Source: an uncultured Acidobacteriota bacterium
Lineage (GTDB): Bacteria; Acidobacteriota; Thermoanaerobaculia; Gp7-AA8
Reading direction: 5' to 3'
Assembly: GCA_963734155.1 (NCBI GenBank)
Contig: CAVTGG010000014.1
Span: forward strand, 309,841-373,840
Length of the DNA: 64,000 nucleotides
Shown: one piece after another, positions 55,341 to 64,000 of the stretch
How positions within the stretch are numbered: position 1 is the first letter of the stretch
How the letters are laid out: every line of letters begins with the position of its first letter
The notes under the pieces: model-generated
What the model was told of the DNA's origin: nothing
Database searches by the model: none
The model's input: the letters and a program-made list of their open reading frames with translations, nothing else
Position numbers and translations under genes: made by a program

Positions 55341-57050
55341 ATGGTGGTAAATCGGTCCCCCATCTTCAGGTTGATTGTCGCCGCAGTTCTGATCGCGGTC
55401 CCGATGGCGGCGTTCGCAGCGCCCGCCGGGAAAGCGGTCGGCGGCGGTTCGTACATTGAATGGCAGTTGTCGGCCGGATATGAGAAGGTCATTCTCACCA
55501 TTTCCGACCCGACGGGTGAGGTCTCCACGCGTGAGTACGCGGCCGGCAAACCGGTCTCGCTCAGCCTGAAAGACCTGCCGACTGCCGGCGACGGCAGCTA
55601 CACCTATCAGCTGCTGCTCGTGCCGAAGGTTTCGGCGGCGTTGCAGGCGCAGTTGTCGAAGGCGCGCGAAGCCGGAAACGACGCCGCGGCCCGCGCTCTG
55701 CTCCGATCGGCAGGCCTCGCCGAGCCGAATGTGGTGAGCGGCGCGTTCCTCGTCACGAACGGCTCGATCGTCGCGCCGGATCGCGCGGAAGAAGGCATCG
55801 GCGGCGGAACGGTGCAGGCGAACTCGATCCGCGAAGAAGGTCCCGCGAAGCTGGGCGGCGGAACGTCCTCGACGGCTCGCCCGGGCACGCCGGTCGTCAA
55901 CGACCAGGTCATTCCTGACGATCTCATCGTGCAGGGCAGCGGCTGCTTCGGCTTCGACTGCGTGAACAACGAGTCGTTCGGCTTCGACACGATCCGTCTC
56001 AAAGAGAACAACCTCCGCATCAAGGCCGAGGACACGAGCACCGGCAGCTTCCCGACCAACGATTGGCAGCTGACGTTCAACGACTCCGCGAGCGGCGGCT
56101 CCAGCAAGTTCTCGGTGGAAGACATCACCGGATCGCGGGTTCCGTTCACGATCACGGCCGGCGCCGCGACGAACTCGATGTTCGTCGACAGCACGGGCCG
56201 CCTCGGCCTCCGCACCTCCACTCCGGTCCTCGATCTCCACATCAACACCAGCAACACGCCGGCGATCCGCCTCGAGCAGAACAACTCGGGCGGCTTCACG
56301 GCGCAGACCTGGGACATCGGTGCGAACGAAGCGAACTTCTTCGTGCGCGACGTGACCGGCGGCTCGAAGCTCTCGTTCCGCATTCGTCCGGGAGCGCCGA
56401 CGAGCTCGATCGACATCTCCTCGGATGGTGACGTCGGCATCGGTACGGCTTCGCCGAGCGCGGCGCTGCACGTCCTCGACAGCACCAGCGCTGCTTCCGA
56501 TATCGTGCTCGCTGAGAACAACAACGAGGCCCGCATCTCGATCAAGAACAACGGCACGTCTCAGAAGTACATCCTCGGCGTGAACAACACCAACCCGGGT
56601 CTGTTCTTCATCTCGAAGGACGCCGGCGGCGGCACGATCGTCGAAGTCAACCAGCGTCTCGACGGCGGCGGCGTTGCCTCGGTGAAAGTCAACGGCAGCG
56701 TGCAGGCCACGAACGTGGTGTTCAGTTCTTCGCGCGAGCTGAAGAACGAGATCGACCTCGTCGACGGCAAAGAGACGCTTGCGCGTCTGACCGCGATGCC
56801 GATCGCGCACTGGTCGCTCAAGACCGACGAATCCGCGACGAAGCACGTCGGCCCGATGGCCGAGGACTTCTATGCGGCGTTCGGAGTCGGCAGAGACAAC
56901 AAGACCATCTCCGTCACCGACGCGAACGGCGTCGCGTTCTCTGCGATTCAGGGTCTCGCGCAGACTCTGAAGGAGAAGGACGAAGAGCTCACCCAGCTGA
57001 AAGCGCGCATGGCCGAGCTCGAGAAGCTCGTCAAGGCGCAGCAGCAGTAA
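55341..57050 (+). CDS. secreted fibre/beta-helix protein with C-terminal peptidase-S74 intramolecular-chaperone (autoproteolytic tail-fibre chaperone) domain
   Basis: A GGAGGAGG SD and a signal peptide are present. The C-terminal block SSRELKNEIDLVDGKETLARLTAMPIAHWSLKTDESATKHVGPMAEDFYAAFGVG...ELTQLKARMAELEKL is characteristic of the S74 chaperone domain. Confidence 0.65.
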   Translation: MVVNRSPIFRLIVAAVLIAVPMAAFAAPAGKAVGGGSYIEWQLSAGYEKVILTISDPTGEVSTREYAAGKPVSLSLKDLPTAGDGSYTYQLLLVPKVSAALQAQLSKAREAGNDAAARALLRSAGLAEPNVVSGAFLVTNGSIVAPDRAEEGIGGGTVQANSIREEGPAKLGGGTSSTARPGTPVVNDQVIPDDLIVQGSGCFGFDCVNNESFGFDTIRLKENNLRIKAEDTSTGSFPTNDWQLTFNDSASGGSSKFSVEDITGSRVPFTITAGAATNSMFVDSTGRLGLRTSTPVLDLHINTSNTPAIRLEQNNSGGFTAQTWDIGANEANFFVRDVTGGSKLSFRIRPGAPTSSIDISSDGDVGIGTASPSAALHVLDSTSAASDIVLAENNNEARISIKNNGTSQKYILGVNNTNPGLFFISKDAGGGTIVEVNQRLDGGGVASVKVNGSVQATNVVFSSSRELKNEIDLVDGKETLARLTAMPIAHWSLKTDESATKHVGPMAEDFYAAFGVGRDNKTISVTDANGVAFSAIQGLAQTLKEKDEELTQLKARMAELEKLVKAQQQ

Positions 57051-57072
57051 TCGCTCCGTCACGCAACTGAAA

Positions 57073-57102
57073 CGGCCGGCGGAAACGCCGGCCGTTTTTT
57101 TT
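57073..57102 (+). terminator. rho-independent terminator
   Basis: A CGGCCGGCG-GAAA-CGCCGGCCG stem-loop is followed by T8. Confidence 0.7.
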
Positions 57103-57120
57103 GCTATTCTGCGCGCACCG

Positions 57121-59244
57121 TTGCTGCACACCCGGGCCGTTGTCTCTCTCGCCTTTCTGACGCTCCTCCTCGCCTGCCGTCGCTCCGAGCCGGCGTTTGA
57201 TTTCGCCGCGAATTTCGACCAGGCATCGCTGACATCGGAGACCTCGCGCATCGACTTCGGCACAAGCGATGGCCGCCGGTTTCTGCTGGAAGGGTGGTCG
57301 ATCGACGAGACGTGGGGCAATTCCGAAACGACCGCGGTGTGGGGCGTCGGATCGTCGTCACGCCTCTTCTTTCATCACTTCGGAAGCGGCGCCGTCACGC
57401 TCACCTTCCACTGCATTCCGATCTGGTTCGATGCCCGCCAGCAGAGCATTCGCCTCCTCGTGAACGGCACACCGATCGATCGCATCACGCTCGGCGCAGG
57501 CTTCCGCACGTATCAACTGACCGTTCCCCGCGCGGCACTCCGAAAGGGCGCGAACGAGTTGCGCATCGAATACGCGATCACGCAGCAGAATGCGCCGGCC
57601 GGCCGGCAACTCGCGGTGGCCTGGGACTGGATGACGTTCAGCGTCGCGCCGCCAAAAGGCGTCGCGGAGCGCGACGACGACACGATCCGGCTGCCGGCGC
57701 GCACGCAACTCACCTACCTCGCTCCCGTCGCGCCGCGCTGTTCGATCAAGCTCGATCGGATCTACAGCGCGGGCGAAGCCTCGCTGCGGATCGCGATCGG
57801 CCGCTCCGATGCCGTTCCGCCGTCGGTGCACATTCTCGGCAAGCAGCGCGACGTGGAGATCGCGCTGCCGGTCCGCAGAGCCGCGCTGGCGCAAATCGAT
57901 TTCATGACCGGCGATCGCGACGTGAAACTCATCCGTCCCCGCATCGAATGCGAGAACGCCGCCGTCCCGCCGGCTGGTCCGGCGCCGTCCCGGCGCCGCC
58001 CAAATGTCCTGATCTACCTCGTCGACACCCTGCGCGCCGATCACCTCGGCGTCTACGGATACGCACGCCCGACTTCTCCGCACATCGACGCCTTCGCGCG
58101 CGACTCCGTCGTCTTCACCAGCGCCATCGCCCAATCGGGGTGGACCAAGACCTCCGTCGCGTCGATCCTCACCGGGCTCGTGCCGTTTCATCACGGCACC
58201 ATCGACCGCGACGACGCGCTTCCACCGTCGATTCCCACGCTGCCGATGATGCTCGCGCGCGCCGGCTACGCGCGCTACGCGGCCATCGCCAACGGCAATC
58301 TCAGCCCCGCGTTCGGGCTGCAACGCGGATTCGAGCCGTATCGCTATCTTGCGTCCGGCGAATACGAAGCCGGAGCCGTCGCCGGCGTGGTCGTCGACGC
58401 GTGGCAGCAGTGGCTCGACACGCGCCGCGGCGCAGAGCCGTGGTTCGCGTACCTGCACACGATCGACCCGCACGATCCGTATCACGCGCCGGAGCCGTTC
58501 ACGAGCCGCAGCACGATCCCGATCACCGGCGTCGGCGAGATCCCCGCGTTTCTGCAAACGCATCACGGCGTGAGCGCCGAACAGTTAGGCGCGGACCTCA
58601 TCGACAAATACGACGCCGAGATCGTCTACACCGACGCCATGTTCGGCCGCGCCATCGAGGATCTGAAGCGCCGCGGTCTCTACGACGAGACGCTCATCCT
58701 CTTCGCCTCGGACCACGGCGAGGAGTTTCTCGATCACGGCGGCTGGGGACACGGCCATTCGCTCTATCGCGAGCTCCTGCACGTACCGCTGATCGTGAAG
58801 TTTCCCCGCAATCGCCACGCGGGGATGATCGTGAAGACGAACGTGCAGCACGTCGACATCGTGCCGACGGTGCTGCAAGCCGCGGGAGTGGCGATTCCGA
58901 AGAACCTCGACGGCATGCCGCTGATGGAGGTCCCGGGCGCAGCCGAGCGCCGGATCGCGTCGTACCTGCGCATGGATCGGCACGACGTCATGAGCGTGAT
59001 CTACGGCGAGCGGCAGTATCTCGTGAATTCGACGTTCGGAACGCCGGTGGAATCGCTGCTGCGTTTCGCGCCGTCGAGCACGGACCGCGAGCGGATCTAT
59101 CTCGCGCAGACCGACGTGTGGCGAAAGGACCTTCGGCGGACGCTCGTGCGTCTGCGGCAAGAGTCGCGGCGCGTCGCCGCGCCGCAGGTGCCGCTCGAAG
59201 GCGAGCTCGCAAAGCAGCTGCGCGCACTCGGCTATTTGCGCTGA
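57121..59244 (+). CDS. sulfatase-family (alkaline-phosphatase superfamily) lipoprotein
   Basis: There is a lipobox (LLLAC). The sulfatase core is NVLIYLVDTLRADHLG ... LILFASDHGEEF ... GWGHGHSLYRE. Confidence 0.8.
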   Translation: MLHTRAVVSLAFLTLLLACRRSEPAFDFAANFDQASLTSETSRIDFGTSDGRRFLLEGWSIDETWGNSETTAVWGVGSSSRLFFHHFGSGAVTLTFHCIPIWFDARQQSIRLLVNGTPIDRITLGAGFRTYQLTVPRAALRKGANELRIEYAITQQNAPAGRQLAVAWDWMTFSVAPPKGVAERDDDTIRLPARTQLTYLAPVAPRCSIKLDRIYSAGEASLRIAIGRSDAVPPSVHILGKQRDVEIALPVRRAALAQIDFMTGDRDVKLIRPRIECENAAVPPAGPAPSRRRPNVLIYLVDTLRADHLGVYGYARPTSPHIDAFARDSVVFTSAIAQSGWTKTSVASILTGLVPFHHGTIDRDDALPPSIPTLPMMLARAGYARYAAIANGNLSPAFGLQRGFEPYRYLASGEYEAGAVAGVVVDAWQQWLDTRRGAEPWFAYLHTIDPHDPYHAPEPFTSRSTIPITGVGEIPAFLQTHHGVSAEQLGADLIDKYDAEIVYTDAMFGRAIEDLKRRGLYDETLILFASDHGEEFLDHGGWGHGHSLYRELLHVPLIVKFPRNRHAGMIVKTNVQHVDIVPTVLQAAGVAIPKNLDGMPLMEVPGAAERRIASYLRMDRHDVMSVIYGERQYLVNSTFGTPVESLLRFAPSSTDRERIYLAQTDVWRKDLRRTLVRLRQESRRVAAPQVPLEGELAKQLRALGYLR

Positions 59245-60266
59245 TCGAGCTCGCGCAGTTGATCGATCGTGATGCGCACGGCCTGCGGCTGCGTTTCCGC
59301 GAGCAGCGCGTCGAGCTCCGCGCCGCCGCCGGCGATCATGTCGTAATGAAAGCGCCGCGATCCGAGCCACGCCGGTGAGACGGCGTCGACGACGTCCGCG
59401 GCGAAGCCGGCGAGCCGCAGCGATTCCGCCAGGCCGTGATCGTCGCCGATGATGAGGATCGAGTCTCTCGCCATCGCGTCGCGCGCGGCGATGATGCGCT
59501 CCAGCCTCTTCGCGAGCGGCGCATCGGGACGGACGCGGAGGAACGCGCGCCAGCGATGGTGAAAGCGCGGGTGATTGATCGCCAGTAACGCGCGGCTTCC
59601 CTCCTCGGAACCGGACGCGCCGCCGGCATGCGTCACCACCGACGCGGGCTCGTACCAGATTTCCCAGCCGCGCGCGGCGAGGCGGAGACAGAGATCGGCA
59701 TCTTCGAAGTAGGCGATGTGAAACCAGGGATCGAAGCCGCCGGTCTCGTGAAAGAGCCGCGTGCGCACGGCCAGGCACGCGCCGGTCACGTAGTCGACGC
59801 GGCGCGCGAACGCGTACTCCGGCTTGTCCGGATCGTCGCCGGCGCCGTAGTGCATCGCCCAGCCGTCATGGCCGAGGAGCGCGCCGGCATGATCGATGCG
59901 GCCGTGGAGATCGACGATCTTCGCGCCGGCGACCGCGTTCCGCGGATGCTCTTCGAGCCGGCGGCAGAGAGGATCGAGCCAGTTCGGAGAAACGATCACG
60001 TCGCTGTTGATGAAGACGACAATCGGCGCGCGCGCGCGGGCGGCGCCGAGATTCGCGGCTACGCCGAAGCCGAGGTTCGCGTCGTTGAAGATGATCGTCG
60101 CGTTGCGCACTTCGTCGCGCAGAAACTCGCGCGTGCCGTCGGTCGACGCGTTGTCGACGACGATCAGCTCGTACGGAACCGCGGTGTGCTCGGCGATGGA
60201 TTGGATGCAGCGCCGCGACCATTCGAGCGCGTTGAACGTGACGACGACGAGACTGGCGCGGATCAT
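59232..60266 (-). CDS. GT2-family glycosyltransferase
   Basis: The GT-A N-terminus is SLVVVTFNALEW...ELIVVDNASTDGT with a DxD-like INSDV. Confidence 0.8.
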   Translation of the reverse strand: MIRASLVVVTFNALEWSRRCIQSIAEHTAVPYELIVVDNASTDGTREFLRDEVRNATIIFNDANLGFGVAANLGAARARAPIVVFINSDVIVSPNWLDPLCRRLEEHPRNAVAGAKIVDLHGRIDHAGALLGHDGWAMHYGAGDDPDKPEYAFARRVDYVTGACLAVRTRLFHETGGFDPWFHIAYFEDADLCLRLAARGWEIWYEPASVVTHAGGASGSEEGSRALLAINHPRFHHRWRAFLRVRPDAPLAKRLERIIAARDAMARDSILIIGDDHGLAESLRLAGFAADVVDAVSPAWLGSRRFHYDMIAGGGAELDALLAETQPQAVRITIDQLRELDQRK

Positions 60267-61648
60267 TTTCGCAATCGCGCGAGCCAGCTCTGCACGCGCA
60301 ACGCGGCGGAGACAATGCGCGTGCGCAGCACGAGGCGATGCCGTTCGTTCTCCGCCGTCACCGTTTCCAGTTGCGCGGAGGCGCGCCCGACATCCACTCG
60401 CGCGCTCGTCAGGTCGCGACGGACCTGTTCGAGTTGATCCTGCACGCGGTCATGCGCGGCCTCGATTTCGCCGAGCCGCGTTTCGACCGCATCCGCGCGC
60501 GCCTCCGCCTCCTCCGCGCGTTGCTCCGCAAGGCCGCGTCCGTGGTTCGCGTCCGATTCGTTTCGCAGCAACTCCGCGTTCCGGATCACGAGACTCTCGA
60601 CGTCGAGGTCGCCCTCGCTGAAGCGATTCACCGCCTCGGCGAAGATGGCGCGTTCCATCCGCAGCTGCTGATCCGCGCGCACCTCGTCCACCTCGCGAAT
60701 TCGCACCGAGCGCGCAATCGCCGCGAGCTCGGGCGAGGATCCGAGATAGGCAGACGCTTGCGCGAGTGCGCTGACGATGTCTTCGCGCGTCGCGTGCGAG
60801 TCGATGATGAAAATGTTCTGCCGCACGCGGCCGCGCAGCTGCTGCGCCTGCGCTTCTTCTTCCGGCGTGGTCGCGATGACGACGACGTCGTGCGCGGTCT
60901 CGGATGCCGTCCATGTCGGATCGACGACGATCGGACGCCCGAACGGCGGATACGCGCCGATCGCGCGCAACTGCCTCAGGCGCCGCTCGAAGACATCGGC
61001 CGGCAGCGGCGTGACGCGAGCGTCCGCGACCACGATCCAATACGAGCCCTCCGGATCGCGGCCCGGAACGATCAGCGGCGCGCCCTGCAACTGTTGGAGA
61101 TGCGTCAGCTCCAGTGACGGGTAATGCGGCTTCGCCGCGGCGCGCAACTCGTCCTCGAACTGCTCCAGCGTCCAGTCGTTCACGTGGTACTTGTTGATGT
61201 GCGAGCCGTGATACTTCGGATTCGGGAATGACGTGATCAGCAGCGGCGCGGCGGCGAAGGCGAGGCGCAGCGCCTGCGGCGCATCGTGAAGATGCTCGAT
61301 GACTTCGAACATCACCGCCGCGTCGGCAGGCGGGAGCGGCTGCGCGCAGAGATCGTGTCCGTACGTCAGCGTCGCGCCGCCCGGCCACTGCGGCCTCTCG
61401 TGCGATTCCGGCTCCCACAAATCGAAGCCCTGCACCGACGCCGCGACCCACGTCAGCATCTCGCTGCCGTACCCGGTGCCGCATCCGAGGTCGAGCACGC
61501 GCATGCGCGGCACGAGGTGCTGCGCGAACGCGTAGCGCATGCAGTGCTCCGCGATCAAACCGGCGTTCGGCATTCCCGGAAACGCGCGCTCCGGCAAATC
61601 GAGATCGGGTCCGCCGAGGGTTTGCGACTCGCGCCAATCGACACTCAT
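60263..61648 (-). CDS. class I SAM-dependent methyltransferase with C-terminal coiled-coil
   Basis: The SAM motif I is VLDLGCGTGYG. The C-terminal ~100 aa are helical and Glu/Arg-rich. Confidence 0.7.
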   Translation of the reverse strand: MSVDWRESQTLGGPDLDLPERAFPGMPNAGLIAEHCMRYAFAQHLVPRMRVLDLGCGTGYGSEMLTWVAASVQGFDLWEPESHERPQWPGGATLTYGHDLCAQPLPPADAAVMFEVIEHLHDAPQALRLAFAAAPLLITSFPNPKYHGSHINKYHVNDWTLEQFEDELRAAAKPHYPSLELTHLQQLQGAPLIVPGRDPEGSYWIVVADARVTPLPADVFERRLRQLRAIGAYPPFGRPIVVDPTWTASETAHDVVVIATTPEEEAQAQQLRGRVRQNIFIIDSHATREDIVSALAQASAYLGSSPELAAIARSVRIREVDEVRADQQLRMERAIFAEAVNRFSEGDLDVESLVIRNAELLRNESDANHGRGLAEQRAEEAEARADAVETRLGEIEAAHDRVQDQLEQVRRDLTSARVDVGRASAQLETVTAENERHRLVLRTRIVSAALRVQSWLARLRK

Positions 61649-64000
61649 GCATCACCATCCAACAGCATGCGCACGCGCTCGCCGACCGCCCGCGGCGACA
61701 ACAGCGTCTCGACCGTCACGCGTCCGCGCGCGCCGTGCGCCGCGGCCTCGTCGCGATGTTCGAACACGCGGCGCATCAGCTCCGCCGCGTGATCGACGTC
61801 CGGCTCGGCCCACACACTGCCGCGATGAAACGGCCCTTCCTGAACGTTCGTCTCCACTTCCTTGATAAGAGACGAGATACGAGTTCTCCTCGTTCATGAA
61901 GTGCATGTTGCCCGAGTATCCGGTCGCGATGACCGGCTTCGAGTACGCCATGGCCTCGGCGCACGTGTAGCCGAATCCCTCGCCGCGATGCAGCGAGACG
62001 TAGCAGTCCGTGGCGGAGAAGAGGCCGTACAGATCGCGGCGGCTCAGGTCTTCCGCGCGGATCTCGATGTTGTGCGCACCGCGCACCTTTCTCCATCAGC
62101 CGCCGCAGCCGCGCGCGGCCGCCCATGTCGGCGAAGCTCGACGACTTGATGAGCAGGCGGACGCGATCGTCGTTGCCGAACGCGCGGCGGAACGCTTCGA
62201 TCGCGCCGTCAGGATTCTTCCGCTCCGTCGCGCTGCTCGCGTCGAAGATGAACAGGAACGTGAAGACGCCGGGATCGAGACGATGCGCTTCCTTCGTCGA
62301 CGGCGGCGGAAACGCAGCGAGGTCGACGACGCACGGAACGGAGTGCACCTTCCGCTGCAGCGTCTCCGTCAGCGAATCGGCGACGAAGTCCGACAGCGCC
62401 CACACCTGATCGAATTCCGCGAACGCATCCTTCCAGTAATGATTCCCCTCGCGCTGCTCCCACGCGAGATAGACGATGTTGCGATGCCGCTCCACGACTT
62501 CGTCCGGCACCGTACGCAGGAGCAGCTGCTGCAAATGCGTGACGCTGACGAAGATGTTCGTTCCCTTCGCGACGTCATATCGCTGGATGAAATCCTCGGG
62601 GCGAAGATCATCGTCCATGCGGCTCGTCGGCAGCGGGATGTCCGACGTCGCGCAGCCGATCGTGTGCAGCGCCTGCGTGAGACCGCGCGTCATCTGCCCG
62701 AGGCCCGTGTCGCTGCGATGAAATCCGAACACGTTCGCGCCGCGCGGAATCGGCCGCGGCGGCGGCTGAATCTTCCTCGGCGGCTTGCCGATCGCCGAGT
62801 AAACGTGGATGTCGATCCCGGTGCGCTTCGAGCGCGGCGCGGGATCGTCGACCGGCGGATAGCGCCGGCGATAGTCGTCGAGCGCAACGGCGAACGCGCG
62901 GTCGCGCCGCAGCACCGGCTCGAGAATCTCCTGCTGCCCGGCGCGCGAGCGCGACGACGGATGCCGCGTCGTGTGAATCGGCAGTTCCAGCGTGAGCGGC
63001 ACGCCGGCCCACGGCTTGACGTCCATCGTCCAGAGAAACATCTCGACGTCGTGCAGGTCGTACTCGGCGGCGTATTTGAAGATGTCGAGCAGCGCGCGGC
63101 CGAACTCCGCCTTCCCTTCGCCGACCATCGCCAACGGCCACGCTTCCATGAAATGCCACGTGCGCGAGAACAGCGAGAACACGCGCGCGAGCGGCCGTCC
63201 GTTCGCGCGCTCCGCGAACAGCTCGATGGCCTCGGCGGGAGAGGAAGTGCTCTTTCAAACGGTGATCGCGCAGCCACTGCGCGAACGCCGCTCCGTCATC
63301 GAACAGCACGTCGGGAAACGCGTCGCGCAGATCGGGGCGCGCGTCGTACAGCTCGCGAATCGCGCGGATCGGCGAGAGCACGAACTGCTCGGTCGCGCCG
63401 ATGAGAATCTGATCGGCCTCGTGCCGCGCGACTTCCTGCAGGCGCGCGACAAACTCGCGGCGGTCTTCGCGCAGCGGCGCCTTCAGTCCCTCGAATACGC
63501 GCGGCCATTTCTTGTGGACCGCCGAGAGCAGCATCGCGCCGTAGTGCGTCGGCACGGCCGGGCGATAGCGATCGATCAGCGCCTCGTAGCCGTGATCCTG
63601 TACGCCGCTGGCGAGCATCCATTCGAGCAGCGGGCGCGGATTCAAACTGACGTCGCCGAATTTGGCGCCGAGGTCCGGACGCAGTTCCTGAATGCGCTTG
63701 ACGAGAATCGGCACGAGCGACGACGTCGACGGCACGGGTTGCAGCAGCGCGCGGCAATAGAACGCTTCGCCTTCCGGCGTCCACGGACTCACGTCCGAGC
63801 GAAGGAACACCTCTTCGTCGCGAAAGATATGGCGCATGATCGCGCCGTCGATCGCGATGCCCGACGGAAACGCGCCGAAGCCGTACGCCGTGCCGAGCTC
63901 TCCGCGATTGTTCGCCTCCACGCGATTCACGTAGAAGTCGCGGATGCGTGCGAGCGCTGGAAAGTCGAAGAAGTTGTAGCGATTCTGATGATGGGAAAGG
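61645..64000 (-). CDS. large GT4-family glycosyltransferase with N-terminal extension (5' end beyond window; at least 3 apparent frameshifts near 61862, 62060 and 63235)
   Basis: The GT-B C-terminal motif is EGFGYTCAEAMAYSKPVIATGYSGNMHF. Consecutive ORFs in different frames join with continuous family-like sequence. Confidence 0.5.

Overview
This is a high-GC (~68%) bacterial chromosomal segment with about 60 genes. Most of it is housekeeping, listed left to right. Positions 8.7-14.0 kb hold an atypical fatty-acid/ribosomal cluster (yceD-rpmF-plsX ... fabD-[CPBP protease]-fabG) with fabH absent and two opposite-strand inserts. Positions 44-49.6 kb hold the rod-shape cluster mreB-mreC-mreD-mrdA-rodA. 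Scattered genes include hpt, rnj, asnS, rarA, ppiD, cca, guaA and an HU/IHF protein. A surface-polysaccharide block (sulfatase, GT2, methyltransferase, GT4s) sits at 57-64 kb. Two tRNAs (Thr-CGT minus, Arg-TCG plus) lie at 6.9-7.2 kb. Several segments look accessory. (i) An island-like stretch between a truncated SNF2 helicase and the tRNA pair carries a CI/LexA-like XRE-S24 repressor, divergent from a tightly coupled operon of a 69-aa Asp/Ser/Asn/Gly-rich peptide, a JmjC/cupin-4 oxygenase and a sucrase/ferredoxin-like (Apd1-type) thioredoxin-fold protein, and a HipA-like kinase/DUF3037 pair follows. (ii) A solo STAND NTPase (DUF4062-like N-terminus, NACHT-like P-loop, HEAT repeats) sits between HU and guaA. 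(iii) A secreted fibre-like protein carries a C-terminal S74 intramolecular-chaperone domain. (iv) A REP-associated tyrosine transposase is flanked by GCCGGCGAGGACGCCGGC palindromes, and two further extragenic palindromic repeat families recur in the window. (v) A near-consensus sigma70 promoter in an AT-rich patch drives a 22-aa Lys/Ala-rich micro-ORF that has its own SD and terminator. At least a dozen conserved genes (asnS, guaA, mreD, cca, rarA, glycosyltransferases, the STAND gene) carry 1-nt frameshifts, often at G/C runs, and rnj has an in-frame TGA. These most likely reflect indel errors in the assembly rather than real pseudogenes. No rRNA or CRISPR array was found.
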